Shown piece after piece: positions 36,646 to 46,917 of a stretch of 51,585 nucleotides of DNA. Location: the IMG/VR virus record IMGVR_UViG_3300002461_000403, positions 1 through 51,585 of that record. One strand, written 5' to 3'. The stretch is from a virus (lineage: Duplodnaviria; Caudoviricetes). Both the position numbers and the translations under genes were made by a program. Each line of letters begins with the position of its first letter. Within the stretch, counting starts at the first letter, position 1. Below the pieces are notes generated by a model that worked only from the letters and a program-made list of their open reading frames with translations, made no database searches and had not been told where the DNA came from.

Positions 36646-39054
36646 TCAGTTTCGGCGCTGAACAACGGCCCTCACGTTTCCAGCTACCAACGCAACAGTT
36701 GCGCCGGTTACGTTCGTAAAGGCACAAGTAACCACACCGTCCGATGATACGTATCCACTAAGCTGAAGCCCCTGAAGACTCTGCGAGTATGTGGCGCGCA
36801 CTAAGTCACCCAAGCGAGCAAGCGGAACCGAGAGCGCAAATGTCGTAGTCGTACCAGTCAAAAATCCCCCTGGCGACCATGCCGCTTGGGCCACCATGTT
36901 TTGCCCGGAATAGCTGAATTCGCTAATTGCTATAGCCGATGTTCCGATTGAATAAAGAGCAGTAGCAAATTCCTCGATTTCGTTCAATCCAACCCTTAGT
37001 TTTTGGGAATATGTGCCACCATTAAAAACATAACAGTGCGGAAACAAATACGTTCCATCAGTGGTGATTGAGTTTGCTGACACATCTACACGGCGACATT
37101 CATCCAATAATATTGCGCCGCCACCAGTATCATAATTAACACCGTTTTTAGTTGTCCGACCCGGCACCATATAGTTGCAATCAACCGAAACGCCGATCGC
37201 GTGCCTACCGCTGACAGCATGCCAGCCAGGATTAACAATCGTGTTATTGTAAACTGAAATGTCGCGGAATGTATGCGCGGGATGCGACGCTAACGCAGTC
37301 GTAAACAGAACACCGGCCCGCTGTGTCGTGTCGGCTACTGGGGCCTGCTGCACCAACGGTAACGCCGCATTTAGTGGGTCAAAATTTCTAGCTGCATCGA
37401 TTATAATATTGTTATTTATTTTAATGCGCTTGGAGTTATCGTACCACCCTGTGGGGCCATCGATTTCCACATTGACGGCTGCATACCATGTGTTTTTACA
37501 AAAATTACTATGGAAGTTGACATCAGCAATACCACCGAAACCGGCGCTCTTTGCGTATGTGTCAGCCAAATGATTGTGGTGAACTCTATAATCACCCACA
37601 TATCGGTTATCTAGCGCCCACGGTGAGTTATAATAGTGGCGCGCAAAAAAACAATCGTCGTGCGCTCGCGTCACTTTATTGTGACACACTTCAATGTTGC
37701 TTAAGCAGTCGTCAAGCAGAATACCCGTATCAGTAAGGTCTGACACCGTATTCCCGCGCAAGACAACATCGGAGGCAGCATATACTATTATAGGCACATT
37801 AAAGTTTTTAACAGTAGCACCTTCCACAAGAACACCGGCTTTTTCTAGCCCGAGCGCCGGAGTAATTCGCCGGTTGCCCTTACCGCCGATGACAATGCCG
37901 CTGTAATATGACGTTCGCTGCGGCGTTGGATCAGACGCATACGTGATGGTCTTAGAGCTGTTAAGGATCAACCCGCCAGTGATGGCGACGTTGTTGCCCT
38001 CAAGAACAATGGCCCCGTTGCCAAATGCTGGTGCGCTAGATGGGTCAAAGTAAACTGTTGTCCCTGGCTCAAACCAAAGCTCAACATTGTCGGCCAAGTC
38101 ACCAGCCGTTAGCTGGTTCGTGCCAATCCGGTCTCTGATCCTGTAGCTAACGGAAGGCTTGGGAAACGCCAGTTTCCCGCCTGTCGTCTTTACAAGGTCA
38201 AACGCGGCTTGAATCGCTGTTCGGTCGTCTGTCGATCCGTCACCAGTCGCGCCAAACCACCTCACATTGACGGGTTTGTCATTCGCTCGCACCCAAGAAC
38301 CAGATGACGACGCCACAGCGTTGGCTTTGATGTAAACGCCTTCCGATGTGTCAGCCGCTATCTGTGAGCTATAGTTTCCAGTCCTCCACATGAACATCCC
38401 TTCGCGGCCTACCTCAGTCAGATAGGCGGTCTGGAATGATGCTGTGTTGAGGGCTTTCAGTGCTGTCCTATCGACACGAGGCAAAGCTGTCGTGATGACG
38501 CCAGCAGCGTTAGCATATGACGCCGCAAGATCAGCGGATGCGTCGGCTTCTGCTGCTTGGGCTGTGGCGATCCCGGCTTGAGTTGTCGCAATTCCGGCTT
38601 GAGTTGTCGCTGTTGTTGCGCTGGTCGCCGCACTCGATGCACTAGAAGCAGCCGCAGAAGCCGATGCTGCGGCAGCGAGTGCGCTATTGGCCCCCGACTG
38701 CGCTACCGCAATGGTGATGTTGCTAACTCCAATCACTGGATCAGTCGCGGTAAATTCGTACTCTCCAGCACCTACAGAGCCGGAGTGAACATAAACCCGC
38801 GTCCCCTTCACGATGTCGTCGGAACCGCTGCAATCCTTCCGCCGCTGCCATAACCCAGTGCTGGCGATTCTAATGCCGTTCAGTTTTTGGTCTGATTGGT
38901 CCTTGACGAGTACCGGATCGCCCTCTGCCAGAGATACGCCGTCAATGGTCTGCAATCCAGACAGCGTAATGTTTGCCGTGGTCGCAACTCGGCATGGAGC
39001 CTTGTGCGCCAGCGAGCCCTTAGCCCCGCCAAGCCGATCAGTCTGCGTTGACAT
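36646..39054 (-). CDS. Tailspike/tail fibre with pectate-lyase-like beta-helix
   Basis: N-terminal ATTANITLSGLQTIDGV anchor, VNVRWFGATGDGSTDDRTAIQAA, Asn-rich PbH repeats. Confidence 0.85.
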   Translation of the reverse strand: MSTQTDRLGGAKGSLAHKAPCRVATTANITLSGLQTIDGVSLAEGDPVLVKDQSDQKLNGIRIASTGLWQRRKDCSGSDDIVKGTRVYVHSGSVGAGEYEFTATDPVIGVSNITIAVAQSGANSALAAAASASAAASSASSAATSATTATTQAGIATTQAGIATAQAAEADASADLAASYANAAGVITTALPRVDRTALKALNTASFQTAYLTEVGREGMFMWRTGNYSSQIAADTSEGVYIKANAVASSSGSWVRANDKPVNVRWFGATGDGSTDDRTAIQAAFDLVKTTGGKLAFPKPSVSYRIRDRIGTNQLTAGDLADNVELWFEPGTTVYFDPSSAPAFGNGAIVLEGNNVAITGGLILNSSKTITYASDPTPQRTSYYSGIVIGGKGNRRITPALGLEKAGVLVEGATVKNFNVPIIVYAASDVVLRGNTVSDLTDTGILLDDCLSNIEVCHNKVTRAHDDCFFARHYYNSPWALDNRYVGDYRVHHNHLADTYAKSAGFGGIADVNFHSNFCKNTWYAAVNVEIDGPTGWYDNSKRIKINNNIIIDAARNFDPLNAALPLVQQAPVADTTQRAGVLFTTALASHPAHTFRDISVYNNTIVNPGWHAVSGRHAIGVSVDCNYMVPGRTTKNGVNYDTGGGAILLDECRRVDVSANSITTDGTYLFPHCYVFNGGTYSQKLRVGLNEIEEFATALYSIGTSAIAISEFSYSGQNMVAQAAWSPGGFLTGTTTTFALSVPLARLGDLVRATYSQSLQGLQLSGYVSSDGVVTCAFTNVTGATVALVAGNVRAVVQRRN

Positions 39055-39057
39055 GGA

Positions 39058-39522
39058 TTAGTCCTTCTTGGTCACGGTTGCGCGCCAGGGCTCAAGAACT
39101 TCTAGGCGGCGGTTGATCTGTTCGATTTGCTGTGTTCGCGTATTGTTCAGCATTTCCTGCTTGGCCAGGGTGGTGGCGTTTTGGTTGCCAGCGACGTACA
39201 AAATCCCAGCCACCGTCATCGCAAAGAGAACGAATAGGTCTTTGACTACTGCCAGGGTTCGCCCCATGTCGAACTTCGGCGCGGCGTCCATCTTGTCGAA
39301 CTTGGAGCCGAGCCCGATCAGAGCGGTGTTGATTGCTGAAAAACCCTGATGCACCTCAGACTTTAACGTCCGAACTTCGCTGCCAAGATGCTCAATCGCC
39401 GTATCGTGCTTGGCGAGGGTCTGAATCCAATTTGAGCTATTTGGCATAGGACTTTCCCCGTCCCCAGGTGGTATCTTCTTCATGGCGTGTTTCGCGGCTC
39501 CTATCTGCTGCGTCTCGCGCAA
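39058..39522 (-). CDS. Coiled-coil single-TM protein in the lysis cassette (holin/antiholin candidate)
   Basis: One TM (LFVLFAMTVAGILYV); start uncertain (39447 or 39483 possible). Confidence 0.55.
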   Translation of the reverse strand: MRETQQIGAAKHAMKKIPPGDGESPMPNSSNWIQTLAKHDTAIEHLGSEVRTLKSEVHQGFSAINTALIGLGSKFDKMDAAPKFDMGRTLAVVKDLFVLFAMTVAGILYVAGNQNATTLAKQEMLNNTRTQQIEQINRRLEVLEPWRATVTKKD

Positions 39523-39558
39523 GTCCGGCCGGAGTGTTGAGGCATTCCGGCCGGGCGC

Positions 39559-39825
39559 TCATTTGTTTGCCGCCTTAACGACGGTACGGGCGTACTGCTG
39601 TAGACCCCGTGTCTGATCCCCACGGCGAGCGGCGCACTTGCGTAACGCTGCGTCGTAGTTGGCGCGCACAACCGGATCCCCGTCTTCTTTAGGATAGGCC
39701 GGAAGGCGGCAGGGGGCCGCCATGAGGCGCTTAGAGGGGGGCTTGAGGTTAGCAACGTCGACAGGTGGCCCACCGCATCCTGCGAGAAGCAGACAGGCGG
39801 CCATGGTTGCGAGAACACGTGTCAT
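39559..39825 (-). CDS. o-spanin (Rz1-like lipoprotein)
   Basis: Lipobox LLLAG-C, Pro-rich, ATGA overlap with the i-spanin. Confidence 0.75.
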   Translation of the reverse strand: MTRVLATMAACLLLAGCGGPPVDVANLKPPSKRLMAAPCRLPAYPKEDGDPVVRANYDAALRKCAARRGDQTRGLQQYARTVVKAANK

Positions 39826-40163
39826 TGAATGGCCTCCAAGGCTTCGCGTGTAGACTGGGGTAGCGAGCACTCTTTCGAGCACTTGGCGCGCACGGCCGGG
39901 GTGATGTCTTTAAGCGTCTTGGTCACATCAGCCGCCGCCTGCTCGCGACCGGCTTCCAACTTGGCGAGGGCTTCATCAAGGGCGGCATTCAAGCCCGTGA
40001 TCTGCTCGTTGATGCGTTCCCGCTCGTTGGCAATCTCTATGTCACGGCGCTTGTAACCGTAGCCGTCACCGACCCAGAGACCGAGCATGTAGCTGCCAAA
40101 TCCGACGCCTACACAGAGGAAGGCAGCCTTGATGTAGAGCCCGAAAGCGAACGGGTTTGGCAT
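39822..40163 (-). CDS. i-spanin (Rz-like)
   Basis: N-terminal TM, coiled coil, C-terminal Cys pair; follows the endolysin. Confidence 0.7.
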   Translation of the reverse strand: MPNPFAFGLYIKAAFLCVGVGFGSYMLGLWVGDGYGYKRRDIEIANERERINEQITGLNAALDEALAKLEAGREQAAADVTKTLKDITPAVRAKCSKECSLPQSTREALEAIQ

Positions 40164-40272
40164 GGCCACGAATCCTACGGGTTGAGCGTCAACGGCGACG
40201 ACTTTGCCGGGAGGTATCGGCAGGAGATCGGCCGGGACATCGGCGGCACTAACCAAAGGTTCTTTGGTTGGT

Positions 40273-41286
40273 TCACTCCGCTTGGCCCACCGGAGGAACC
40301 GACCCAGCCGGTTCCACAGACTGCCCAGAAGTTCCAGCAACCAGCTTTGCAGCCCCAGAAGGTACGTACCGACCCTCTCGCGCATCCTCGACAAGAAGGT
40401 CGATAATGTTTCGGATAATGACGACGCCCACGATGGCACCGAGAACAGTGATCGCAGCCGCATGATCAGCAATGAAAATCTTGATGTCATCGAGCATCCC
40501 CTTCGCCCAAGCGAGATTGCCGGTGAGGCTGTCCGCCCCCGTGAACCCGACAACCGAAAGCCATAAGCCGTGTAAGAAGTTCTTCGCCCGCGAAAGACGC
40601 CGGGCTTTACGAGACGCCTGCACTACAGTTGTGGCATCGGCCACCGGCACCGGGACGGGATCCGGAGGACGGATAACCGGGGTGTCGCTTGGCGTATCTA
40701 CCGGGGGGTCGTCCTGCCCTTCCGCGTAGGCGAGAACCTCATCCAACGGGAACAGTGGGTTGGTGTCGATCTTACGGCCCGGCGAGATCATCCAGTGGGT
40801 GACGATCTCATTGCAGTCCGGGTACTCCTCCATGAGCGCCCGGCAGAGCTTCTTGACCGCTGCGACCTGGGCCGGGGGGTACGCCATCCAAAACCCGTCG
40901 CCATGCTCTTTGGTCTTCCGCTTCGTCAGAGGCTCATCGGTTGCCTTACCGAACCATGCCCGCCCATCTGCCGACAGCTTGCCGGGGTTGACGATCTCAA
41001 TCCCGATGGCGAACGAGTTGCAGAACCGGCGACCCTTCCAGACAGATTGCCCAGCATGAAACGCGCGGCGATCCGTGCGGACCATCTGCGTTATGGTCCC
41101 GTCCAATTCGACCACGAAATGGGCCGATGTCTTGCAGCCCTTGCTGGCGAACCAGTTGACGGACGAGAACTTGTCGAGCCGCCCGGCCGTGTCATGCACG
41201 ACGATCAGGCTAGGGGTCAGAGCCGCCCCCGATGAGGTGGCAGGGACAAAACGAACGCCAGATAGGCGTCCATTAGTGATTTGCAT
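40273..41286 (-). CDS. Endolysin, N-acetylmuramoyl-L-alanine amidase with C-terminal TM segments
   Basis: IVVHDTA, SAHFVV, AFHAG.S, IGIEIVN, VTHWMISPGRKID. Confidence 0.9.
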   Translation of the reverse strand: MQITNGRLSGVRFVPATSSGAALTPSLIVVHDTAGRLDKFSSVNWFASKGCKTSAHFVVELDGTITQMVRTDRRAFHAGQSVWKGRRFCNSFAIGIEIVNPGKLSADGRAWFGKATDEPLTKRKTKEHGDGFWMAYPPAQVAAVKKLCRALMEEYPDCNEIVTHWMISPGRKIDTNPLFPLDEVLAYAEGQDDPPVDTPSDTPVIRPPDPVPVPVADATTVVQASRKARRLSRAKNFLHGLWLSVVGFTGADSLTGNLAWAKGMLDDIKIFIADHAAAITVLGAIVGVVIIRNIIDLLVEDAREGRYVPSGAAKLVAGTSGQSVEPAGSVPPVGQAE

Positions 41287-41303
41287 GGACGCCTCCAGAA
41301 CGC

Positions 41304-41334
41304 AAAACGGCCACCCTGTTTCCGGGGCAGCCGT
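41304..41334 (-). terminator. Intrinsic terminator between late promoter 2 and the endolysin gene
   Basis: ACGGCTGCCCCG-GAAA-CAGGGTGGCCGT followed by TTT. Confidence 0.65.
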
Positions 41335-41346
41335 CGCTATGTTACG

Positions 41347-41375
41347 GGTTTAGCCTGATTTGCCTCGAAACGCAA
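41347..41375 (-). promoter_or_regulatory. Putative late promoter 2 (lysis/tail operon)
   Basis: TTGCGT-N17-TAAACC with the same TTTCGAGGCAAATCA element as 6750-6764. Confidence 0.6.
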
Positions 41376-41397
41376 CTTTCCGCTTGACAAATCGGTT

Positions 41398-44300
41398 CTA
41401 CGGGCCGCTCGGCGTAAATGCCTCACGCTCTTGGCCTACCCCGTCCATCCATCCGCCCTCGGTGTCCTCATCCGGTTCTGGGAGAAATGGCCGTCCGGCT
41501 GCTGAAAACTCAAGATCAGCCGCCAGATCGTCGGATACTTCCATCGTCGGGTTTGTCTCTACTGGACCACCAAGGCGCATCATTCCGGCTGGACGGCTGA
41601 CCGGCGCATCATCGGGTTCCCAGCCCTTGGCGTCCGCGACAAACTCACTCAAATCTGCCTCGGCGCCCTTGGCCAGAAGTTCCTCCCGAGCCCCGGCCCA
41701 TGCCCGGCGAACGCCCTCGAACGGATAGACCTTGTTCCGGCCCTTGGTCAGCCGGAGCGCTAATTCCTCGGCAACCTCGGGGGCGGCGGCTTCAAGCTCC
41801 TTCATCAAGCCATCGGTCGGCATGATGTCCTTTTGTGCCCAGCCGGGGAGACCGACCGCCACCAGGGCGTTCCGGGCTTCCCGCATGGACAAGTCCTCAA
41901 GGATCTCATTGACGATCTTCTGCTTGGACGGTTGCAAGACGATCTCTTCGGCGTCGTCCCCGGCCTTGTAGATTTCTTTGGAGGTCATGTTGCCCTTGTA
42001 GAGCCGTCCCAGAACCATCTCTTTCCGGATTCCGGACATGGCCGACATGACCTGCTTGGCCCGGTTGAGGGGGTTGATGTCCTGTTCCTTTTCGGCAAAC
42101 TCGACCTCAAGGATGGCATAGGCCCTCTGATCGTCAGAGACGTTGGCCAGGAGATCGCGGGCTTCAGCCCCACGGCCTGAGTTGCGCAGAGACTTGTAGC
42201 CTTCGGCGGCAGAGGTGTATTCGCCGCCCTCGTTTTTCATCTGCTTCCAGAAGGTCTCAGAGGATAGAGACCCACGGCCGGCGCGGCGGGTGAACCGCGA
42301 CAGGATCACAGTGTCCTCGAAAGACTTATCTGCGCGCGGACGATCCGACACGCCGGGGAGCGGCCCACCCAAAGCCTCGTTGGCCATGGGCAGAACGGCA
42401 TCCGATACGGTCTGAATGTCCCGCCCGATCGTCCCGAGCAACCCACCCATGAGGTGGTCGACCTTCTGCGGCGACATACCGGTAATCGAGCCTATCATCC
42501 GACCCATCTCCGACGTGTAGGCGCCGAACTGTAGTTCCGGTGGGAGTTTGGAGAGATCCATCGGGACAATCTCACGGTTCCGGAACGTATCGATGCCCGT
42601 GACCATCTCATAGTAGAGGTTGGCCACATTGACCTCATGCGGCGGAACCATGGTGTGCTTGAGCGACTGCATGAACTTCTCGCCCGCACGTGGATCCTGC
42701 TTCACAACCCGATCAAACGCGCCCTCGAATATCTGCGAGAAGATGGCGAGATCGAACGGTTTCGGGAAACGATACCACGTATCCCCGATCTTAAAGAACC
42801 AATGGGTGGCCTTCATGTAGTCATTGAACTCTTCGTATTCTTCGTCGTCCTTGTAGAGCATGGACAATGTTAGTCCAATCATCCCAAGCACAACCATCTT
42901 GTTGAACGTGCGCGCGGCCATCGGGAGGCCCTTGCGCTCGGCCACTGACAATGGCGTGCCGTTCGTGGCTTTGATGTACGGGGTAATCAGAGCCCGGTAT
43001 CCGGTGAACGCATCCCGCTCCCCCGTGAAGGCGCGGCGGGTTGAGTCGAGACCTTGAAGTGCGGCATTGAGGAACGCCACAATCCGAGAGACTTCCATCG
43101 TCTTAGACCCGCGCCGTGAGAAGTCGATCACGTCATGGGCGGCATAAGCGGCCTCGAACGCGGCTTCCTCTTCCGACATCCCGTCCGCCTTGGCGCGGTT
43201 GAAGGCCGCTTCAAAGTGACCAAACCGCGTCCCGGCTTCCGTGATCTCCATAGCCTTAAGCGAACGCTGCCAGACTTGCCCGATGCCCGACTTGGCCGGG
43301 ACCGCAAAGAACCCCTTCGTCCGCAGCGTCAGAACGTCGTGCTTGTTGGCCGCCTGATCGATGAGGTTGGCGTCGACACCACCCATGAGCCCGGCGAATG
43401 CGGCGTACCGCTTGCCGACCGCATCACTGGTCAGTGCGCTCTTGAGCCCCTTCGCGCCCGTGACAAACGGAACGAAGTTGTCGGACAGAACCCACGTCGA
43501 CAACTGGTCTCTGAGGTAGTTCACCAGCACGTAAGACGGGGCCTTCGTAATGCCGGCCCGGAGCGCCTGAGTGCCAAGCGCTGCGGCATCGACAAGCGGG
43601 TTAGTATCGTTGGAGCCGAACGCCTGGAAGCCCTCAAAGATGTCCTTTGCAATCTCATTGTCGCCCATGCGGATGGGAATCCGCTGGCCACCTTCCCAGA
43701 GGTAAACAATCGGTTCACCGGCTTCAGAGATGTCCGTCGACTGGAAGATCGTTTTAGATGCTTCCCCGTCGAACAGGAGATCGATGGTATCAAGCAACAT
43801 TTGCTGATCGTCCATCGACAGGCCGGACTGCATGGCGGTGAGGCGCATGGTGTCCCGCATCTCGTTTTGTGCGTCTGCCAGGAGGCTATCCCGATCGGCC
43901 TTGTCGAGACCTGTCCGGGCCAATGCTCCACGCAGCGGCTTGGCGAGGCTCGCCACGTCCGCCACCCGGATGCGGGTTGCCTTCATTTGCTTGGCCGGGA
44001 TCCGCTCGGCAATCGCTCCACCGCCCGGTCCTGCTGCACGCGCCACCCGATCCATGGCCCCGATCACCCGATTCATTTCAACACGCTGCTGTGTCGCGAA
44101 CATATCTTGGGCGATGGTTTCGAGCGGGTTGATGAAGTCCCGTGTCGAGCCCTGGAAGCGATAGATCAGGCGGCGCTTGTTCGCGTTTGAACTTCCACCA
44201 AGCATCGACGGTGTTCCGGCGTCCATGATGCGGTTCAACGGGGTGTAGTCCACCCGGTTGCGGTATTCGTCAAACTGCTCTTGCGTCAGGAACCCGGCCT

Positions 44301-46917
44301 CGAACTTGTATCTCAGAAGCTCTTGGCCGAACCGATACATGGTCTGTGCCGCGCGCTTGAACTGCGGGTATTCCTTTTCGAGTTGTGCCGTCGACTTCTG
44401 CCAGACATCCCGCGAGATGATCGTGTCGGGGACGTTCTCCAATTCCCCACGATCATACCGGCTAAACTCTGCCAGCATCCGGCGACCGATCAAGTAAGAG
44501 CCGAACATCTCGGCCATGTCGTCGTTCCACTGGCCCCGGCGAGACCCGCCAAAGGCTTCCGTGAGCGCATCCCAGTAGGACGGGCCGGATGGATCGATCT
44601 GACCCTTGTGGACGATGCCGAACTGCAAGGCCGCCGTGGCGTGCGTCTTGGAGTGTTCTGCCAGACGCCAGAGCTTGTAGGGATCGTGCAGGGCCTTGAC
44701 CACGGCCCGCTCGCCCTTGCCGAGCTTCACGCCGGAGTTTTCGACGGCCTTATCGATCAGGAATTGAACCGCCTTTTTCATCGGGTGACGGGCATCGAAC
44801 GCGGCATGGTAGAACCCATAGAGCCGATCGCCCATGGGCCGCCAGATTTCGCCGGAGAAGCCCGAGATCATCGCGGCTACCTGATTGCCGTCGCCTGTCC
44901 GTCTCGCCGTCTCCGCTGCAATGCGGCCCGCCTCTGCGGCTTCTGAGAGACCGAGGCGGATGGCCTCGATAAATCCAGGCTGTACCGTCGATTGCACGCG
45001 GGCACGGACGGCCGAGACCGGGGCGGCCTTGGCGAGCGCGCCAACGCCTTCCTGCACCATTTGGAACCGGGTGAGCATTTCCGGCTCGGCTGCGTCCAGC
45101 ATGTCCTCGAAGGCATCGTAGAAGCCACGGGACAGAGCTTGCGCCTGTTTCGGGTTGGTCAGGTAGATGCGGAACCACTCGGCAAACCCTTCCGACAATT
45201 CGACATCTGTCGGCGGGATGACGACACGTGGCGTCGGCTGGCCTGATTTGGAGAAACGGGTTGCGGCATAGGCCGGGGCGGTTGCCCGGTCGACCGGCAT
45301 CAGGTCGAGCAACACAGCATCGGCGCGATCGGCTCCAAAGCGGCGGACCAGGGTTTCACGATTGCCCCCGGCGACGCTCTGGAACTGCTCGTACATCGGG
45401 GTGATCTGCTGGAACCGGGCTTCTTGCTGGCGGGACCGGGGGCGGGATTTCAGAACCGCAAGCTCTGCTGCCAAGGTTCGCATCTGCCGCTCGGCATCCA
45501 CCGATTCGATGGCAAGCCGGATAGAGTCCTGGTCCAGTTCGATGCCGGAGAACCCGGTTTGCGGGAACATCGGCACCGGAGCGTTAGCTGCCGGGGGTAC
45601 GGTCAAATCCTCGGCAAACTGCGTCTTGATCGCGGACAAGTCATCGCGGACAGAGGCGCGGATTTCGAGCGCATGGCCGCCCTCATGGGCAAGCGTGGCC
45701 ATATCGTTCTTGAGCGCAAGCCGGACCACGCCCGTTGCGCGGTTGGTCTGCCCCATCATTTCCCCGCCCATCTTGCGGGCGGCACGCTTCATGTCCGGAT
45801 CGAGACGGCCCTGGCGTGCCATACCTTCAAGATCGAGGGCTTTGACAGTATCGGCTACGACATCAGAAAGCCCCTTCTCAGGGGCTTCGGTTTCGCTGTT
45901 CGGATACTGCGGGTTGGTGCCAATACCTAGAGGCTGGTAGTTGCCCCACTTGGCGAGAGAGGCAAGGATGTTGTCGGGAAGTAAGCCCGTATCTCTCCCC
46001 CCTGCTAGAGAGAACATGAGGTTTGCACTATCCGACTGTGCAGGGTCAAAGGCAGCATCTACGCTGCGGATGTTTCGGGTGTCTAGGACGACAAATTCCT
46101 CATCCTCTCCACGGCGGTTCTTAACCGCTATGCTGTCATAGCCTGCATCCTTGAGCGCCTGCGTCCACTCTGCCGTCTGCCGGAGAGACAGCCCGTCTCC
46201 CGCCGTTATGGTCGTGTCCGCAGATGGGAAAATCGCCTCGATCTTGGCGATCATGTTAGGGTCGCGATCATCAAACACGAATGTCTTCTTGGCTCGAACG
46301 TAGAACATGCCCACAGGGCCGTAGCTTTCCGCCACCTCTGGCAATGCAGAAAGGTAGATCCCGTTTCCGTAGAGTCCTTTACGTGCCGACCCGACTTTTT
46401 CTAAATCAAACGCCTTAATGTCTCGAATGTTGTCATCGCCACGGAAAAACACGCGCGAAGTGTCAAATCCCATGCTCTGGGCGCGGTGACGTTTAGCCGC
46501 CTGCGACATATCTAGGTTGTTGGTTTTTGTCGTGGCTTTACCAGACTTGGCGTCGCGCGATGGTTGCGCCTCTCCAAACACGTCAGAGAAATCAACACCT
46601 AAGTCTGCGCCGGATTCAAGCAGGTCTCTAGCTTTTGCATAGCGGCGTGAAATTGGCGGCATAGAGGTTTTGTAACGCTCTACAAACTCTTGCAGAGACG
46701 CCATAGCCTTGTCTTTATTTCCTTTCTCTGCCAAATGACGCGCCGCTACATGCCTCGGGTTGACTGGATCGTATGCAATAGAAGGAGTCGGCGCTCTCCC
46801 CAGTTCTTCAATTCTTCTATTGAGTGAGTCTACATAGGATTGGGGGAGGGGACAGGACGATTTGATCGGACTCCGCAACATCATAGTCAAGCCACGGGGG
46901 GCGGGCGCTGCGCTCAT
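41398..46917 (-). CDS. Large polyvalent protein, C-terminal part: ART-like domain, zincin HExxH domain, LPD38-like domain
   Basis: FRG...GIYLS...GYDSI...EEFVV (ART), LAHEGGH...SEGFAE, WFFKIGDTWYRFPKPFD. No RBS at its start, so probably a continuation of the upstream ORF. Confidence 0.8.
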   Translation of the reverse strand: MSAAPAPRGLTMMLRSPIKSSCPLPQSYVDSLNRRIEELGRAPTPSIAYDPVNPRHVAARHLAEKGNKDKAMASLQEFVERYKTSMPPISRRYAKARDLLESGADLGVDFSDVFGEAQPSRDAKSGKATTKTNNLDMSQAAKRHRAQSMGFDTSRVFFRGDDNIRDIKAFDLEKVGSARKGLYGNGIYLSALPEVAESYGPVGMFYVRAKKTFVFDDRDPNMIAKIEAIFPSADTTITAGDGLSLRQTAEWTQALKDAGYDSIAVKNRRGEDEEFVVLDTRNIRSVDAAFDPAQSDSANLMFSLAGGRDTGLLPDNILASLAKWGNYQPLGIGTNPQYPNSETEAPEKGLSDVVADTVKALDLEGMARQGRLDPDMKRAARKMGGEMMGQTNRATGVVRLALKNDMATLAHEGGHALEIRASVRDDLSAIKTQFAEDLTVPPAANAPVPMFPQTGFSGIELDQDSIRLAIESVDAERQMRTLAAELAVLKSRPRSRQQEARFQQITPMYEQFQSVAGGNRETLVRRFGADRADAVLLDLMPVDRATAPAYAATRFSKSGQPTPRVVIPPTDVELSEGFAEWFRIYLTNPKQAQALSRGFYDAFEDMLDAAEPEMLTRFQMVQEGVGALAKAAPVSAVRARVQSTVQPGFIEAIRLGLSEAAEAGRIAAETARRTGDGNQVAAMISGFSGEIWRPMGDRLYGFYHAAFDARHPMKKAVQFLIDKAVENSGVKLGKGERAVVKALHDPYKLWRLAEHSKTHATAALQFGIVHKGQIDPSGPSYWDALTEAFGGSRRGQWNDDMAEMFGSYLIGRRMLAEFSRYDRGELENVPDTIISRDVWQKSTAQLEKEYPQFKRAAQTMYRFGQELLRYKFEAGFLTQEQFDEYRNRVDYTPLNRIMDAGTPSMLGGSSNANKRRLIYRFQGSTRDFINPLETIAQDMFATQQRVEMNRVIGAMDRVARAAGPGGGAIAERIPAKQMKATRIRVADVASLAKPLRGALARTGLDKADRDSLLADAQNEMRDTMRLTAMQSGLSMDDQQMLLDTIDLLFDGEASKTIFQSTDISEAGEPIVYLWEGGQRIPIRMGDNEIAKDIFEGFQAFGSNDTNPLVDAAALGTQALRAGITKAPSYVLVNYLRDQLSTWVLSDNFVPFVTGAKGLKSALTSDAVGKRYAAFAGLMGGVDANLIDQAANKHDVLTLRTKGFFAVPAKSGIGQVWQRSLKAMEITEAGTRFGHFEAAFNRAKADGMSEEEAAFEAAYAAHDVIDFSRRGSKTMEVSRIVAFLNAALQGLDSTRRAFTGERDAFTGYRALITPYIKATNGTPLSVAERKGLPMAARTFNKMVVLGMIGLTLSMLYKDDEEYEEFNDYMKATHWFFKIGDTWYRFPKPFDLAIFSQIFEGAFDRVVKQDPRAGEKFMQSLKHTMVPPHEVNVANLYYEMVTGIDTFRNREIVPMDLSKLPPELQFGAYTSEMGRMIGSITGMSPQKVDHLMGGLLGTIGRDIQTVSDAVLPMANEALGGPLPGVSDRPRADKSFEDTVILSRFTRRAGRGSLSSETFWKQMKNEGGEYTSAAEGYKSLRNSGRGAEARDLLANVSDDQRAYAILEVEFAEKEQDINPLNRAKQVMSAMSGIRKEMVLGRLYKGNMTSKEIYKAGDDAEEIVLQPSKQKIVNEILEDLSMREARNALVAVGLPGWAQKDIMPTDGLMKELEAAAPEVAEELALRLTKGRNKVYPFEGVRRAWAGAREELLAKGAEADLSEFVADAKGWEPDDAPVSRPAGMMRLGGPVETNPTMEVSDDLAADLEFSAAGRPFLPEPDEDTEGGWMDGVGQEREAFTPSGP

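Noticed and set aside
38560-38620. 21-bp repeat in the tailspike as a DGR or invertase target
   Set aside because: It encodes a TQAGIAT spacer repeat; no reverse transcriptase or template/variable repeat pair is seen in the window.
40164-40553. Long N-terminal extension of the i-spanin overlapping the endolysin
   Set aside because: Better explained by a start at ATG 40163 just before the TM segment.
43135-44190. 351-aa + strand ORF inside the polyvalent gene (and similar ones at 44281, 45362, 45424)
   Set aside because: Shadow composition, no promoter or SD seen, and the minus-strand protein stays well formed there, unlike at 49821-50033.
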